Position numbers and translations under genes: made by a program
Shown: positions 1 through 12,938 of the stretch, piece after piece
Layout: each line of letters opens with the position of its first letter
How positions within the stretch are numbered: position 1 is the stretch's first letter
Source of the DNA: Amoebidium appalachense
Taxonomy: Eukaryota > Protista > Ichthyosporea
Reading direction: 5' to 3'
Length of the DNA: 64,000 nucleotides
Assembly (NCBI GenBank): GCA_963693365.1
Contig: CAVNZM010000010.1
Span: forward strand, 7,751,794 to 7,815,793
The notes under the pieces: generated by a model
The model's database searches: none
Told to the model about the DNA's origin: nothing
What the model saw: only the letters and a program-made list of their open reading frames with translations

Positions 1-339
1 ATGTGTAATATGTGTGGGGGGCGGTTTACTCGCGGCTGCATATCTATCAATAAATGCAACCTGTTAGCTAATGTATTAGAACCGGAGGTTATTGGCGGTT
101 TTATTCTCTTTTCTTCATCTCTTCCTCAATATATCCGTTTTAAGATGACTATCCTAGATCACCTTATTAATGCTGCACAGTATGATATTGTGATCCGGTG
201 CCTTAACTTTCTGTCGGAGCTACCGATGCTAGCATCTGCTTACCCATAATATGTAATAGGGGTGTCAGATCCTACGATGGCGCTCATTGTTGCCTAGCAT
301 GTACATATGTCACTGGCTGCATTTGATTGGCTGTGCTGG

Positions 340-410
340 AAAACGCAGTAGGCCGTCGAATGTGGCTGGGCCTCCGGCAATGTCCACGCAATAAAAAGTG
401 TGTAAACCCC
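340..410. repeat. ~70-nt dispersed structured repeat, copy 1
   Basis: 356-409 is the exact reverse complement of 22108-22161; a diverged copy lies at 51963-52033. Confidence 0.9.
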
Positions 411-1404
411 TGAACACTCCTCCGGAACACAGAGGGCCTTGCCCTTGCGCTCCCTTGCGCTGCGCAAAAGTTGCCGCATGACACTGCGTGACACATAGCA
501 AATTGTGGCAGATTATTTTGTCGCATTGGATTGGTGTATTATTCATTTCATGTGTCAATTCAATCCGAGATAGCATTATAAAGGTCGACAGATCTTTAAC
601 GTTGTGATGACGTCGGCGTCAACGTAGACATGGCACAAGTAAGGGTATCTGATTGATGTAAGACTATCAGTACTTAACGTAGACCAATTTGTGTCATCAC
701 ACAGTCACTGAATTGTGTCCAGCGCGTATGTACATGCACATAAATATTTAGGCAGGCAAAGTGGCCATGGCCATGGGTGGATGTGCGTGTCAAGTGTGCA
801 GGGGTATACGTAGTAGCGTGTGTCATGCGGCGTTTGCAGTGCCGTCGCGGCGTCGCGTACAACGGTACAGCCTGATCCAGAAGGGTAACCACACGGTCAT
901 CGTTCGTAGTGATCATGATCTCCAAGTGCACGTGTGTATATGAAGGTTTAGGCCTGAAGTGTATGTGTGTGTGTGTGTGCGCGTATGAATTGTTTGTACG
1001 ATGTTCCCGTCTTCCCAACTTTACACACTGTGAGGGGGTTCCTCTTGCCAACTTGCCGCAGGCCGTAGGCCCTGGCGCCACACGGTTCTGGGGGGGTGCG
1101 GCATGCCAGGAGCTACTACTAGAGAGAAGGGGGGGGTATGATTGGAGGGGGGGGTGTTCAGCTAACCTTATATGGATAAAGCAAAGTTACAAGGATTCAA
1201 GCCATTGGTTGGGCAAGACCCCTTTTGCCGAATATGGATAACAGATCATACACTGCTGTCCCGGGCCAATTGGCGCGCTCTTTACTGGTCACAACCAGTC
1301 CGCGAAGGCCATGAGCAGCATTGCCGAGCACACTGGAATACGGGAATGTTTGCGGTAACGTAGTCGCACTAGGGGGGCAGGGGGCCAGGCCCCAAGTGTT
1401 TAAA

Positions 1405-2795
1405 ATGAAGCCAGGCTGCCCTAAGGGCACAACACAGCGCCCTGGGCATAAAACAGGCGGAGCTAGGGAGGGAGCTGGGCGCAAAAAAAAAGATGCTGCA
1501 TTTGTTCAGCCTTTAGCGAACTTTGCAGGTTTTGGGACGGCAAACAAAGCTGTTTTGCAGGAACTAAACGTAAACGTACAACCCGAACAGCCCCCTCTAT
1601 CTAAGGCCGCCGACATAAGGGCCCGTGTAGTTGAGGCAGGTAGCGTCCATTCGTTACCAAGAGAAATGGATCGGGCCCCTGCTCCACACCCACCAGACAT
1701 ACAGGTGCAACCCGACGAGGAACCTTTGCTAAATGCAGCAGCAGATGCGTACCGGGTAGACGAGGATGAAGGGGAGGAAGAGGGAGAAGATAATACGGAC
1801 GGGGATGACGGTGGAGAGGAGTTTTCTGACGCGGCGGGCGAAACAATCAAGTCGCACCTGCACACAGTGAAAGAGAGTCTCAAAGATGAGAAGACGCCTG
1901 TGGGGTGGCATCTTCCACCTCCCATTATAGGCTTTAAATTTGGGGGCGATCCAGCGCCTTTCTACAAACCCAGATGTTTTGCCTGGCTTCCGGAAAGGTT
2001 GTCTCCCGGTTTCATGGTGCCGTGCCCCTTCGATGATCACTACGTGGACCCCCACAACCACCCCAACCCACACCGTACTTCTCGCAATGGGTTCATGAGC
2101 AACCCCGTAGGACGGCGTGTTATCGACTTTGACAGCTGCTACTACATTATCACGGCCCGGTACTTTTGTGACACATGCAAAAAAAACTTTGCCGGCACAA
2201 ACCCCCAGACAATTAAACGCCTTCCACTCTTCATGCGTGATCAGTTTCCGGCCTACCTTAGCCACCGCAGTGGGCTCGACCTAAAGGTGGTAACATTGTT
2301 GCGTGCACTGGCAGACAAAGGTGTGGGCCCAAACGCCTTTGCCACCCTCCTCTCGGAGCTCCACAAGCAGCGATACGACGAGCAGCGGCTCCTGTATTAC
2401 TCGAGGGCGCTGCATTGGACCAAGTATGAACTCAAAAAGCGTAACGATTTCCGCCCCCACGACCAGCGCCTGACAGAACTTCCCCCAGAGGAGCAGGCGG
2501 CTAAGTTCTCGGCGTTTGGTGACAAAAATGGTTACGCTGGACATGTGCCTTCAGGCAAGTGTGCACTGCATTTTGGGTGTGTAAATGGTCCCCATTGTTT
2601 TGTATGCACGTGCTTGGGCATTTTTTGGGTTGGCTTGGTAGGGTTTTGTTTTATTATTTTTTATTTTTTTTTTTTAGGGGGGGGGGGGGACTTGGAAATG
2701 GGTTTTGGAAGTGTGGTCAATAAGTTTCTATTATGGTGGTGGTGGATGTGTGGTGGTGGATGTGCGCCTGTGAGTGTGCGTGTACTTGTGGGTCC

Positions 2796-2844
<49 letters not shown>

Positions 2845-2918
2845 GGGGGGACATGGTGATGGATTAGGTGGTGGTGGTGGCAATCAGTCATGGTGGTGGT
2901 GGTGGTGGTGGTGGTGGT

Positions 2919-2949
<31 letters not shown>

Positions 2950-3098
2950 GGGCAGAGGGATCATCAGAGGGGTGAAAGCATAACGGTCCATGTACCAGTG
3001 AGTGTGCTTGGGAAATCGTGGAGAACTGTTATGCCTGAAATTAGATGGTGGGTGTGCGCATGTGTGTCTGTGTGTGTTGGGGGAAAGGAGGTGGAGAG

Positions 3099-3137
<39 letters not shown>

Positions 3138-3321
3138 GGGCACATGGTGGTAGACTGGATCTTGGTGGCGGTACTTAATGGTTATTATAGTAGTGGCAGG
3201 AGGGTGTGGGGGGAAGGGCAAACGGACGTGCAGGGGACAAACTGCAGATGGGGCACAAAGGGGAAAGAAGGTGAAAGTTGGTGCAATGACTTGGAGGGTT
3301 TGCGCGCGCCGGGAGGCGGGG

Positions 3322-3354
<33 letters not shown>

Positions 3355-4050
3355 AACGGCCGGAGATGGGTGTGTAGCGTTTTTGAGATGGGAAAAGCCA
3401 TACAGACTTACGAAAATACAGAGAGGTGAGATGAACACGAGGGACTAGAGGGAATGGGGGGGATGGTCCTGATGGGAGGGTGGTGGAGTTCTAACAGTAC
3501 TTGGGGTTCAGGCAAATACCTGAGTGCCGTGTATACTGAGTTCAGCGACCGCACGGCAAAGTACCAGAGCCTGGACACGCAGCTCAAGCCCGTAAACAAC
3601 GTGCTCAAGGCCGACCACACCTTCCAAATTGGGAAGCTCACCGGCATCAATGGGGAGCCTCTGTACCGAGGCCTATGGACTTGTGTAAACGAGCTTGGCG
3701 GTGTGTGGTCCCTCCTCTTCTCCCCCCTCCCCCCACTCTCCCCCAGGCCCCCTCCCCCCCCCCCCTCCCCCCCCCCCCACACACGCCCACCCCCCCCCCC
3801 CCCCCACACACACACACACACACGCCCCCCTCCCCCCCCTCCCCCCCTCCCCCCTCTAGGGCCTTTAAATCTCTTAGGCTCCACATTTAATGAGGTGGCA
3901 CACTGTGAGTAGAGGTTTGTAGTATGTGGGTTTTGGGGACAATTCTTGCCCTGTCGAGCAAAAACTAGGAAGCTCCAGATATGTGTGTATGTGTTTTTGC
4001 TGGGTAGAGATTGGGGTGGGCTGGGGTGGAGCTTTCTTTTGGCGGGGAAT

Positions 4051-4106
<56 letters not shown>

Positions 4107-5725
4107 AGCTTCTGCCAAGCAGAATGGGAGTAGGGGCCAGTGATTGCAAGGGATGGCAGGGGGGGGGGGGGGGGGGGGGGGAGAGACACCACCGTCGGGG
4201 TTGAAGGTAGAGAGGGCAAGAGGCCCGGGGTGGGGGTGGGGGGGGGGGGGGGGGGGACAGTAGGTGCCATATGGAGGGCTGTCCCATGGTTTGGGGGGAG
4301 GGGGAGTGGGGAAGGATCGTGGGCACATGGGTTTGGGGGGAAGGCAGAGAGGGGGAAAGGATTGTGATCACAAGGGTTTAGGGGGAGGAAGGGGGAAGGA
4401 TTGTAGGTACATGGGTTTAGGGGGGAGGGGGGGGGGGAAGATTTTGGGGGAAAGGGAGGCCTGGGGAAAGTATGTGGGCACATGGGTTTGGGGGGAAGGA
4501 GGGGGAAGGGTTTTGGGGGAGAGGGAGGGGAAAGTATGTGGGCACATGGGTTTGGGGGGAGGGAGGGGGAAAGGATTGTGTGGGCACTGAAGTCTCGTGA
4601 AGGGCCATGTGGTAAGGGAAGCTAGAACATGCATGGCTGCTCGGAGATGCCCTCTCACACAGTGCGGCACCCCAGAGATCCGGGCGCAGGTATTTACACG
4701 GGACTGCAGCCACCAGGAGATTGAGCCCGTGATCCAGCGCATCTCTGCCACCACGGCGGCGCTCAACAGCAAGGGCCCGGCCTTCTTCTACACAGATCGG
4801 TGCTGCCAAGACCGGGCGTTTGTTGAGCGCATGTTTCCAACCCTAGCCCGGCCAAAATGCCCCGTCCGTCTGAACGAGGCTGCGCTGGTAAGCGTGACGG
4901 ACGGTCTGCCTGGGCTGGAGCTGCCGGCCAACTACCCTAAGCCGGTGTACACCGACTGCCAGGGGGCGGTGGTGGCTACAGCGGCCATTCGTGCCGACCT
5001 GGAGGGGCAGCAGCACCGCGTGGTGGGGCTGGACTGCGAGTGGGTCTATCGGGTGGGCCAGGCGCGGTCCAAGGTTTGCACGCTGCAGATTGCCACCGCA
5101 CGGGCCGTGTACATCTTCCACTTGGCACGCATGGGCCCCAACCACAGCCCGCCCGCGCGGCTGGTGGACGAGCTGATTGCGCTGCTTAGGGACCCCAGCA
5201 TCATCAAGGTGGGCAAGCAGATCGGCACGGACTCGGCCCACCTCAACAAGGACTACGGCACCCCTGTGGCCAGCTATCTGGAGCTGGGCCGGTTCTGCTA
5301 TGCCCGTGCAGCTATCACCTCTGCGGCCCGGGGCTTGGCCGACATCACTGCCCAGGTCATAGGCAAGAAGCTGCCCAAGCCGGCACTTGTTCGATGCTCC
5401 AACTGGCACGAGCCGCTATCAGAGGTGCAGGCCACCTACGCTGCCCTTGATGCATATGCGTCCCTGCAGGTCTACTCGGCCGTGGTCGATAGGCCAAACC
5501 TGTCAGGTGTGTATCCCACCTGCTTTTTGCCCCAGTGCTTATGTGCTTATGCCAGATATAGAAAGATTGTGGGCCCCCCAGAGGAGAGGGGAGGGGGAGG
5601 GGGGGGAGGGGGGGGGGGGGGGGGGGGGGGGGGTGGCTGACCACATGGGCCAGTGTTCCAGTTGTGTTATGCTGGGTGTCGGGTGGCTATCAAAGGAGGG
5701 GGTGATTGGTGGTGGTGGTGGTGGT

Positions 5726-5757
<32 letters not shown>

Positions 5758-6774
5758 CTATAGCACTGTTAACACGTGCAAGTGCCACACAAGCTGGGCA
5801 CTGGGAGAGGGGGGGGGAGGGAGAAGGGGGGGGGGGGGGGGGGGGGGGGGGTTGCTAAGGAATATGCATTTGATTTTTGTGGAGCGAAGAGAAAAACGTT
5901 GGTGCTGTGGCTTTTTGGCTGAGTTTTTTGCTTCCCTCTATGACATGCAGCGCGGCTTCATGCAAAGGCACTCGGTGAAGGGGTTGAGATTGTGCCCCGG
6001 CGGGGCCCACATGCTGCAGCAGCCACCGGGGTGGTGCTGGCTGTGCAGCCGGAGCGCTGGGGGGGCATGAAGGTGGGCAAGAAGCATGCAGTGGTGCGGG
6101 TGGATCAGGTGCTGTCGCCGGCCATGCAGGTGCCCTTTGGCCCCGACAAGGGCAAGACCCTGGGAGAGCTGGGCCCGCCGCCCTTTGAGCTGATGGTGCA
6201 CCTGCAGTGGCTACGGCCCATTCAGCCCCTGGCCAGGTGCCGAGGTGCCGGTGGTCCCTGACCCAGCCCCTCCCCCTGCCGAGCAGCAGCAACCCCTTGC
6301 CGGCCCACAGGCACCCCCCCAGGACCCCCAGGCAGCCCCGGGGGGCCTTGAGGCAGCCCCAGGGGGACCCGAGGCAGCTCCCAGAGAGGGCATGTTGGGC
6401 CAGGCACCGCCTGGGGAGGTGGTGTGGCAGACTGTGCTGAATGACGCCTTCCACTCCATTGCAAACACGGCGGACGGCACGTACAAGTCACACCCCCGCA
6501 GGGCTGAGTACGCACGCGCACTCAGCGAGGCAATATTTGTGTGGAATGAAGAGGATTACGGACATGTGAAGGTGCCCCCCCCTCCCCCCCCCCCCCAAAA
6601 TAAAAAATAAAAAATAAAAATAAAAAAAACGGCAACAACAACATGCGTGACTGACGCGCACACACACATACACTCGTTAGCACACACTCACCATTCCACC
6701 CACAACCATGCACACCTTCGACAAAACTTCTGAGGGAAGAGAGAGAGCCTGAGCCTCAGAGAGAGGGGGGGGGA

Positions 6775-6848
<74 letters not shown>

Positions 6849-8174
6849 GGGGGGGAGGAGAGTGGGGGTTATTCATATGCCTAGAGAGAAATAATGTAGG
6901 GTTGTGGGGGGAAAGAGCCACATGCATTTTTTACTTGTGTTGGGGGAGAAGATGGGGGGGGTGGAGGGGAGGGGTCCTACAATAACGGCAGGTATCAAAG
7001 TCTACCAAACCCAAATTGCAGTGTGCGTAGTAAATTAATATTGGCATCCTGCCTCACAGGGGGTGCCAATGGCGTGATGGGCGGGCCAGAGGACTGTGAG
7101 GTCGAGGAGGGTGACGGTGCTGCCATGGGGGGGGGCAACCAGGTGGCGCGTGGTGCACCACAGCCGGACCCTGCACTGAGGGGCGACTACAAGTTCCTGG
7201 CGCAGAAGCAACATGTGGCCATCCCCTTCCTTCCGGTGCTTACCCCTCAGGAGCGCAAGCTATTCAGCACGCTGCTCCTGGGCACCTACAAGGCACATGC
7301 AAAGCCCAACGGCCAGCTGTTCGAGGCTTTGGCCCAAGACTTCAACAAGGCTGCCTCTGTGGCTGGGGGAATCTACATGAAGGATGCGGCCTACATCAAG
7401 AAGCATTTCGACAAGTGGAAGACCTGGCAGACGGCACATGCACAGCGCTCCACACACGAGGGCCTGGCAGATCACCGCAAGCGTATGCGCGAGGAGAGGG
7501 CAGACGCTGTGCCAGCAACCATACGGCCTGCCCCCTTGCCACCCCTCCCTGTTCCAGACGGTGTCGATGCAGGGGCGCAGCGTGAGCGGCCCTTGCCCAT
7601 GCTAGTGGGCAAAAAGCATCGCAACATTGGCCCTGAGGGGCCCCTGCAGATGGATTTGCCGGTGCCCCCTCCTATGCAGCCACCCCAGAGAGCCCCCAAG
7701 ACCTGCAAGACGTGTGGCCGCCAGGGCAAGGGCTGCCCCGGCTCCAATCGGGCCAAGAGCTGCCCACGTTGGGTTGCAGCCAATCAGGATGCCATGCCAC
7801 CAGCACCCGCGCTTGACATGCAGCAGGGCCATGTGCCGCACATGCCCCCTGCACCCCATCCAGGCCCGCACCACCCACATGGCTGGCCCCCACCGTGGGG
7901 CATCATGCCGCCTCAGCCCGGCCCTGCCTTCCCCATGCCTGGGCTACTGCCGCAGCACGGTCCCCATCCTTACTTGGGCCATGTGGGCCAGCCCTCGGCT
8001 GGTGGGCAGTTCCCACCCCCTTCTCGTGCATCTGCTGTGCTGGGCCTGGCGTTGCCACCTGCTGGAGAGACGCAGCTGCAATGGCACGATCGAAAGCAAA
8101 GTAATCGTGGCCGCAAGTCTGCAGGCAGCCAATCAGGATCTCAGAGTAGTCAGAGTAGCCAAACTAGTGTCTAA
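1405..8174 (+). pseudogene. Spliced DDE-type DNA transposase (DUF6729-like Cys-rich N-terminus, DxxH motif) with embedded DEDDy 3'-5' exonuclease; defective copy
   Basis: Exons 1405-2554 (GC donor), 3512-3700, 4676-5506, 5951-6571, ~7060-8174. Joined reading gives GHVPS|GKYLSAVY, LKADHTFQ (D1), VNELG|EIRAQVFT, FYTDRCC (D2), exonuclease motifs VGLDCEW / QIGTDSAHL / YAALDAY, then VLNDAFH (DxxH) and a C-terminal KTCKTC...CPG knuckle. Frameshift near 6235-6245. The phases of 6571 and 7060 do not match, and the segment expected to hold the third catalytic Glu is not seen. Confidence 0.8.
4280..4590 (+). repeat. G-rich intronic minisatellite (core GTGGGCACATGGGTTTGGGGG)
   Basis: About 6-7 degenerate copies of the core within intron 2 of the transposase gene. 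Confidence 0.85.
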
Positions 8175-8265
8175 TATTGGAATGTACACCAATGTAACGG
8201 ATCTCATATGTGTTGTAGTGCTTCAAGTTATACCTGTTCTTCGTACAGTCATGTTAGGGGGGGGG

Positions 8266-8296
<31 letters not shown>

Positions 8297-8599
8297 CTAG
8301 CTTTCATTCCGAAGTTTACTGTAAAGAATTAAAATTTAGAATCTGAGTAATAGTACAGAGCCTTTGCACTTTTCTCTGTTTGTTAGGAATTCTTTGTGAT
8401 CGAGAGTATGGTGTGTTAGACTATTGGTGTTAATGTGTCCTGGAAGGTGTATAATGTCTGCTGGCCGTAGTCAGTATCTATTTTTAGGTATATAGTATAT
8501 TTTTAAATGTTGGCCGCTGGCCAATAAATAGCAAATAATAAACACACGATAAAGTCAACAGCGTGCCAAAAAACTAATCCCCAGCGAGCGCACCCAGTG

Positions 8600-8830
<231 letters not shown>

Positions 8831-10024
8831 GCGCGGCTTGTACATATGTACGTGTTCATGTGCACCTGTGTCGGACCTACGAAGTACATGAAAGTAAATT
8901 TTGACAGCATCGATCTGCCGGTGTGTATGTGTATGTGTGCCAGTGCAGCAGGTGTGCCTTGTAACTGATAGCTTCGCATTTTACGTGTGTGTATATATAG
9001 TAGTACGCATAGACACTTGCTGATCATTCGGATCGACATTAATATTTAATCTGTCGGTCCTCGGTTTTTTGAGTGAATGATGATCAAGTGTAAGAGCATT
9101 CACTTGGCAAGTATTAATGTTGCAGAGGCTAGCTGCAGCTGCAAGCGTCGGATGCACACTGACAATTGTCTTTTCAGCGAGTCTAACCTGCAGGCAGCAG
9201 CTGCACACATATAGGGTTGTTATCTTGCGGCACATGCACGGTGATCATTTCAGAGTAATAGAGTTCAGAGCAATGAAAATAATGAAAATAACTAAACTTT
9301 GTGACTACTTTAAAGTTGCTGAGATCATACGTGGTGCAAGCTGCACTATGAACACATGTATAGTGCTAGTAATTAATACATTTTTGTTGCCTTCTGCAGG
9401 GTTATCGTAGCTACGTCACGGCCTGCACTCAGGGGGGGGGGGAGGGGGGGGGGGAGAGGGGGGATGATTCGAAGGGGGTATAAATAAGAACATGCAGCTA
9501 AAGGTCTTTCCCGTGGATCCTCCCCCCCCCTCCCCCCCCCCACCTCTCCCTCCCCCGGGGCCCCATACTATGATATCTAGGCCCAATATTATATGCCCCC
9601 TCTCCCCCCCCCCCCCCCCCCCCCCCTCCTCTCCGGATCCCCGGACCCCACTTCCCTACCCGGAGGCTCAAGAGCTCCCCCTTCCCCTCCCCCCCCTCCC
9701 CCCCCCCCCCCCAAGGCTTACGGGGGCCCTTCTTCATCGAGGGGGAGGGGGTGGGGGTGGGGGGGGGTGGGGGGTGGGGGTGGGGGGAGGGAAGTGGAAG
9801 GCGGGGGTGGATGCATGTCAGCCTAGGTGAATTCAATTGTTTAACTCCAGTGTGCAGGACTGGTCTGAAGGCTTAAGAAAACAACGAGGAAATGGGGTCC
9901 AGTGGAGGTGGTGGTGGTGTTCTGTGTGTGTGTGTACACGTGCACGTATGTGTGTGGTTTTTCTAAGGGGTGAGTGGTGGTGGTGGTGGTGGTGGTGGTC
10001 ACCGTGGTGGTGGTGTGTGTGTCT

Positions 10025-10058
<34 letters not shown>

Positions 10059-10060
10059 GT

Positions 10061-10094
<34 letters not shown>

Positions 10095-11707
10095 TAGAAA
10101 GAAAAACTGCTCGTGGGTCACTGTTTTTCGTCACTGTATTTGTAACGGGCCGCTCATATTTATATAACTACTTTAATTTAAGTACACGTGTTCATTATCA
10201 TATACGATGGCCAAATATAGAAATTTTGGCGTCGAAGTTCTTGGAGCTAAAAAAACGTTTAAAAGGGGGAAATAATAGCTTGGCCCCAAATTTACCTTGC
10301 CGTTTTTAGCGAATGTATTTTTTATTCATGAGTTCTAGTGATTCAGTGAGTGCACGTGCCTGCCTCAGGCTGATCATGACAACTGCAACACACCATTCCT
10401 ACATGGATATCAACCAAAAGAAAATAGTATATACTGTGGTGGTCTCCTAAACCTTGTGCGGCATGCGCATACATGATATTACAGTGACGCATGTGCATAT
10501 TATTGTTCTGTACACCGGAGTGTGCCGGTGCACGTGGCTGTTTTGTGCACATGTTACAATAGCAGCACGATCTCCCTAAACTCCATGTTTACACATCCCT
10601 CACCCTGGCTCTGCCTTGTCGGTGCTCCAAAACACACATACAAATCCCCCTAGACTCAGTGCCTGCACATGGTCGCATTCACGTGCAGGTCACGTGACAC
10701 ATGCGATGCCATACTGCCGTCTACAGCAACAACCACGGCAGCATGTATACCGGCCCAGCACGAAATATACTTATCGGCAGCCCACTGAACTCGCCCATTT
10801 TCTCTTTTTCATGTATGTCCCTCCTTTTTTGTAAAATCACCCTTTTTGGCCTCCCGGTAGTGGATTTTGCAGGATTTGACTTCTTTGAGGTCCAAAAACC
10901 TCAAATTTTCCCCGGCGGGGCCGGGGAGGGAGAATTCAAAAATTGCCCGCTCCTGATATGGTACCCGGGCCCGGTTCTGTCTGTCTTCAACCAATCAAAA
11001 AGCTTAAAATGAACAATCCTGCCATATATGGACAGGCTGATCCCACAATCAAACACACAAAAACTTTGATAGAGGTTGCGGACAGAGATCTTTCTCAATT
11101 TGACTCTGAGGTAGGATTATCCTTACCTGTTGCTACTAAGGTAGCAATGAGTATGATGCGACATGGAGTCTAATGACCTGTGCATGACTTAGACCTCCGG
11201 GGCGTGAGCACAGTGCAACACTCATGACCCCACTCGCTGATCCCCCAACCCACTTTCAACTTTTCGCAAAAACTGATACGTCCATGTGAGTGCTCCCCTT
11301 CGATTACCACGCTGAACCTATCCTTTACACGAGACAGGATTTACATGAAACGCGTTTTCTCAACATTTACGTGTAGTTCTATTCCACAAACCTACCACAC
11401 GCTTCCTTGAAATCGATTGGGGAGGGCTTGTGTGCAGCAAGCTACATGTGGTGGATGTGACATATCCATGAAACGTAGTGGAGCTTTACGTGTGTGCTTT
11501 TAGTGGTGGTGGGGAAAAGGCAAAAGGAGGTTAGAAACATTAGTCATCCCTTTGCAGCACCACTGTAGAACAAGTAACCCAAAAAACGAGGTTTGGCTTT
11601 ATGCACAAGGTGCATAGTTCTTTAACCGCCATGTCTTTGTACACTTCTTGAATAGTACTTACTTCCTTTTTCTAAACACCGAAATTGCTATCAACTCCAC
11701 CTGCTCG

Positions 11708-12938
11708 TTAGGAAGCACCCTCGCCCAGCCCTTGAGCCGTGCTTTTGGCTTGACTAGCACGCACTTTCACCAAATCCCGATCTTTCTGCAATCTGCCCCT
11801 CATGGACTCAAAATAGACAACATCACAGCAGCTTGCAAAGCCTGAAAAAAAAGCCTAGGACCACACCAAGCACCAGGTTAATAATGACCCTCAACGCGAG
11901 TGTTGCTTCTTCTCTCATGTTTGGCACTATGAACATGGCCGAAACCAACCCGATAACTGGACCTGCGCGCAACACCATGTATAGGCACGTGGTTTTCATG
12001 TGGTGGCGCGTAAGCTGCAATGAGCGCTGGAAAGCACTAAATACGTTCCTTCCCTCGATAACGATGCACAAAGGGCCCATGGAGAGTGCGGCAAGCGCGT
12101 ATAGGCCGGGAATAATGAACATCATAAGACCAACAAAGATGATCATCACGTAGAGGAGCGTGTAAATGGCACTGCTAAAGATTAAACCAACCAAGCCCTT
12201 GCGAAAGACGACGGGTATAGTGTCCATGCGTTCAGCCGTGTAGATGCACCAGCCGGCACGGGTTGCCTCTAGCGACCAATAGACCAGCAGCGCTGCAACC
12301 GGTGCCCCCGCGGCAAGCTCGACCCACCACACATATTGCGCAATCACTGCAATGGCAATGGAATGCGTTACCGTGAGAAATATCAGCGCACCCAAACGGA
12401 CGCGCAAGTTGTGCTTGTTATCTTCATCCCGGGTGTCTGTGCTCTCTTGAGGTAGCACCACGAGCTCCTTGCTGTCCTGTGTAAGCTCGTATGCGACGGC
12501 AGGAATCTCCCATATCTTGAACGCCAGCGGCTTGATAGGGTCCTCCACAAGATCATCAAAACTCTCGTGAACTGCAAGATCGGCTTTGCTGATGGATTTC
12601 GCCTGCGACTTGCCACTACCCCCCGTACAAGGTTTTGACAGTGAGAGGTGGGTCTTGCCCTCGTTATCAGCCATTTCCACGAGTCTGAAGTTTTGCTCAT
12701 CGCAATCGAAAGTCGCTGCTTCAACACTGCGGGTTGGGGAATCAGCTGGAACTCCCTCTACAACTATCTCAGGTCCGCAGTATGTTTTGGGATGTGTATG
12801 GGCAGCAACACCGGTGCCTGCATCTTTGTCGTCCTGGCCTTGGCTTTCGCTCGATGGCCGTGCTCTGTTGTTGGTGCTGCCACGCGGCGTTTGGGAGGAG
12901 GCTGGCGGGCCACCCTGATGAAGAAATCCACTAAACAT
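11708..12938 (-). CDS. Intronless multi-pass membrane protein (C-terminal half resembles YciC/UPF0259 or GDPD membrane-domain-like families); probable frameshift at an A8 run
   Basis: 371-aa ORF with several hydrophobic helices and the pattern GLMMFIIPGLY...IVIEGRNVFSAFQRSLQLTR. Removing one base from the A8 run at 11845-11852 extends the last helix to GFFSGFASCCDVVYFESMRGR..., with a stop at 11708. Confidence 0.7.

Larger units (their letters stand above)
311..8599 (+). mobile_element. Candidate boundaries of the transposon carrying the transposase-exonuclease gene
   Basis: CACTGGCTGC at 311 versus the reverse complement of the end at 8599, CACTGGGTGC (9/10 match). ATGT lies on both sides (307-310, 8600-8603). 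The right flank abuts a GT microsatellite, so the match could be chance. Confidence 0.3.
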
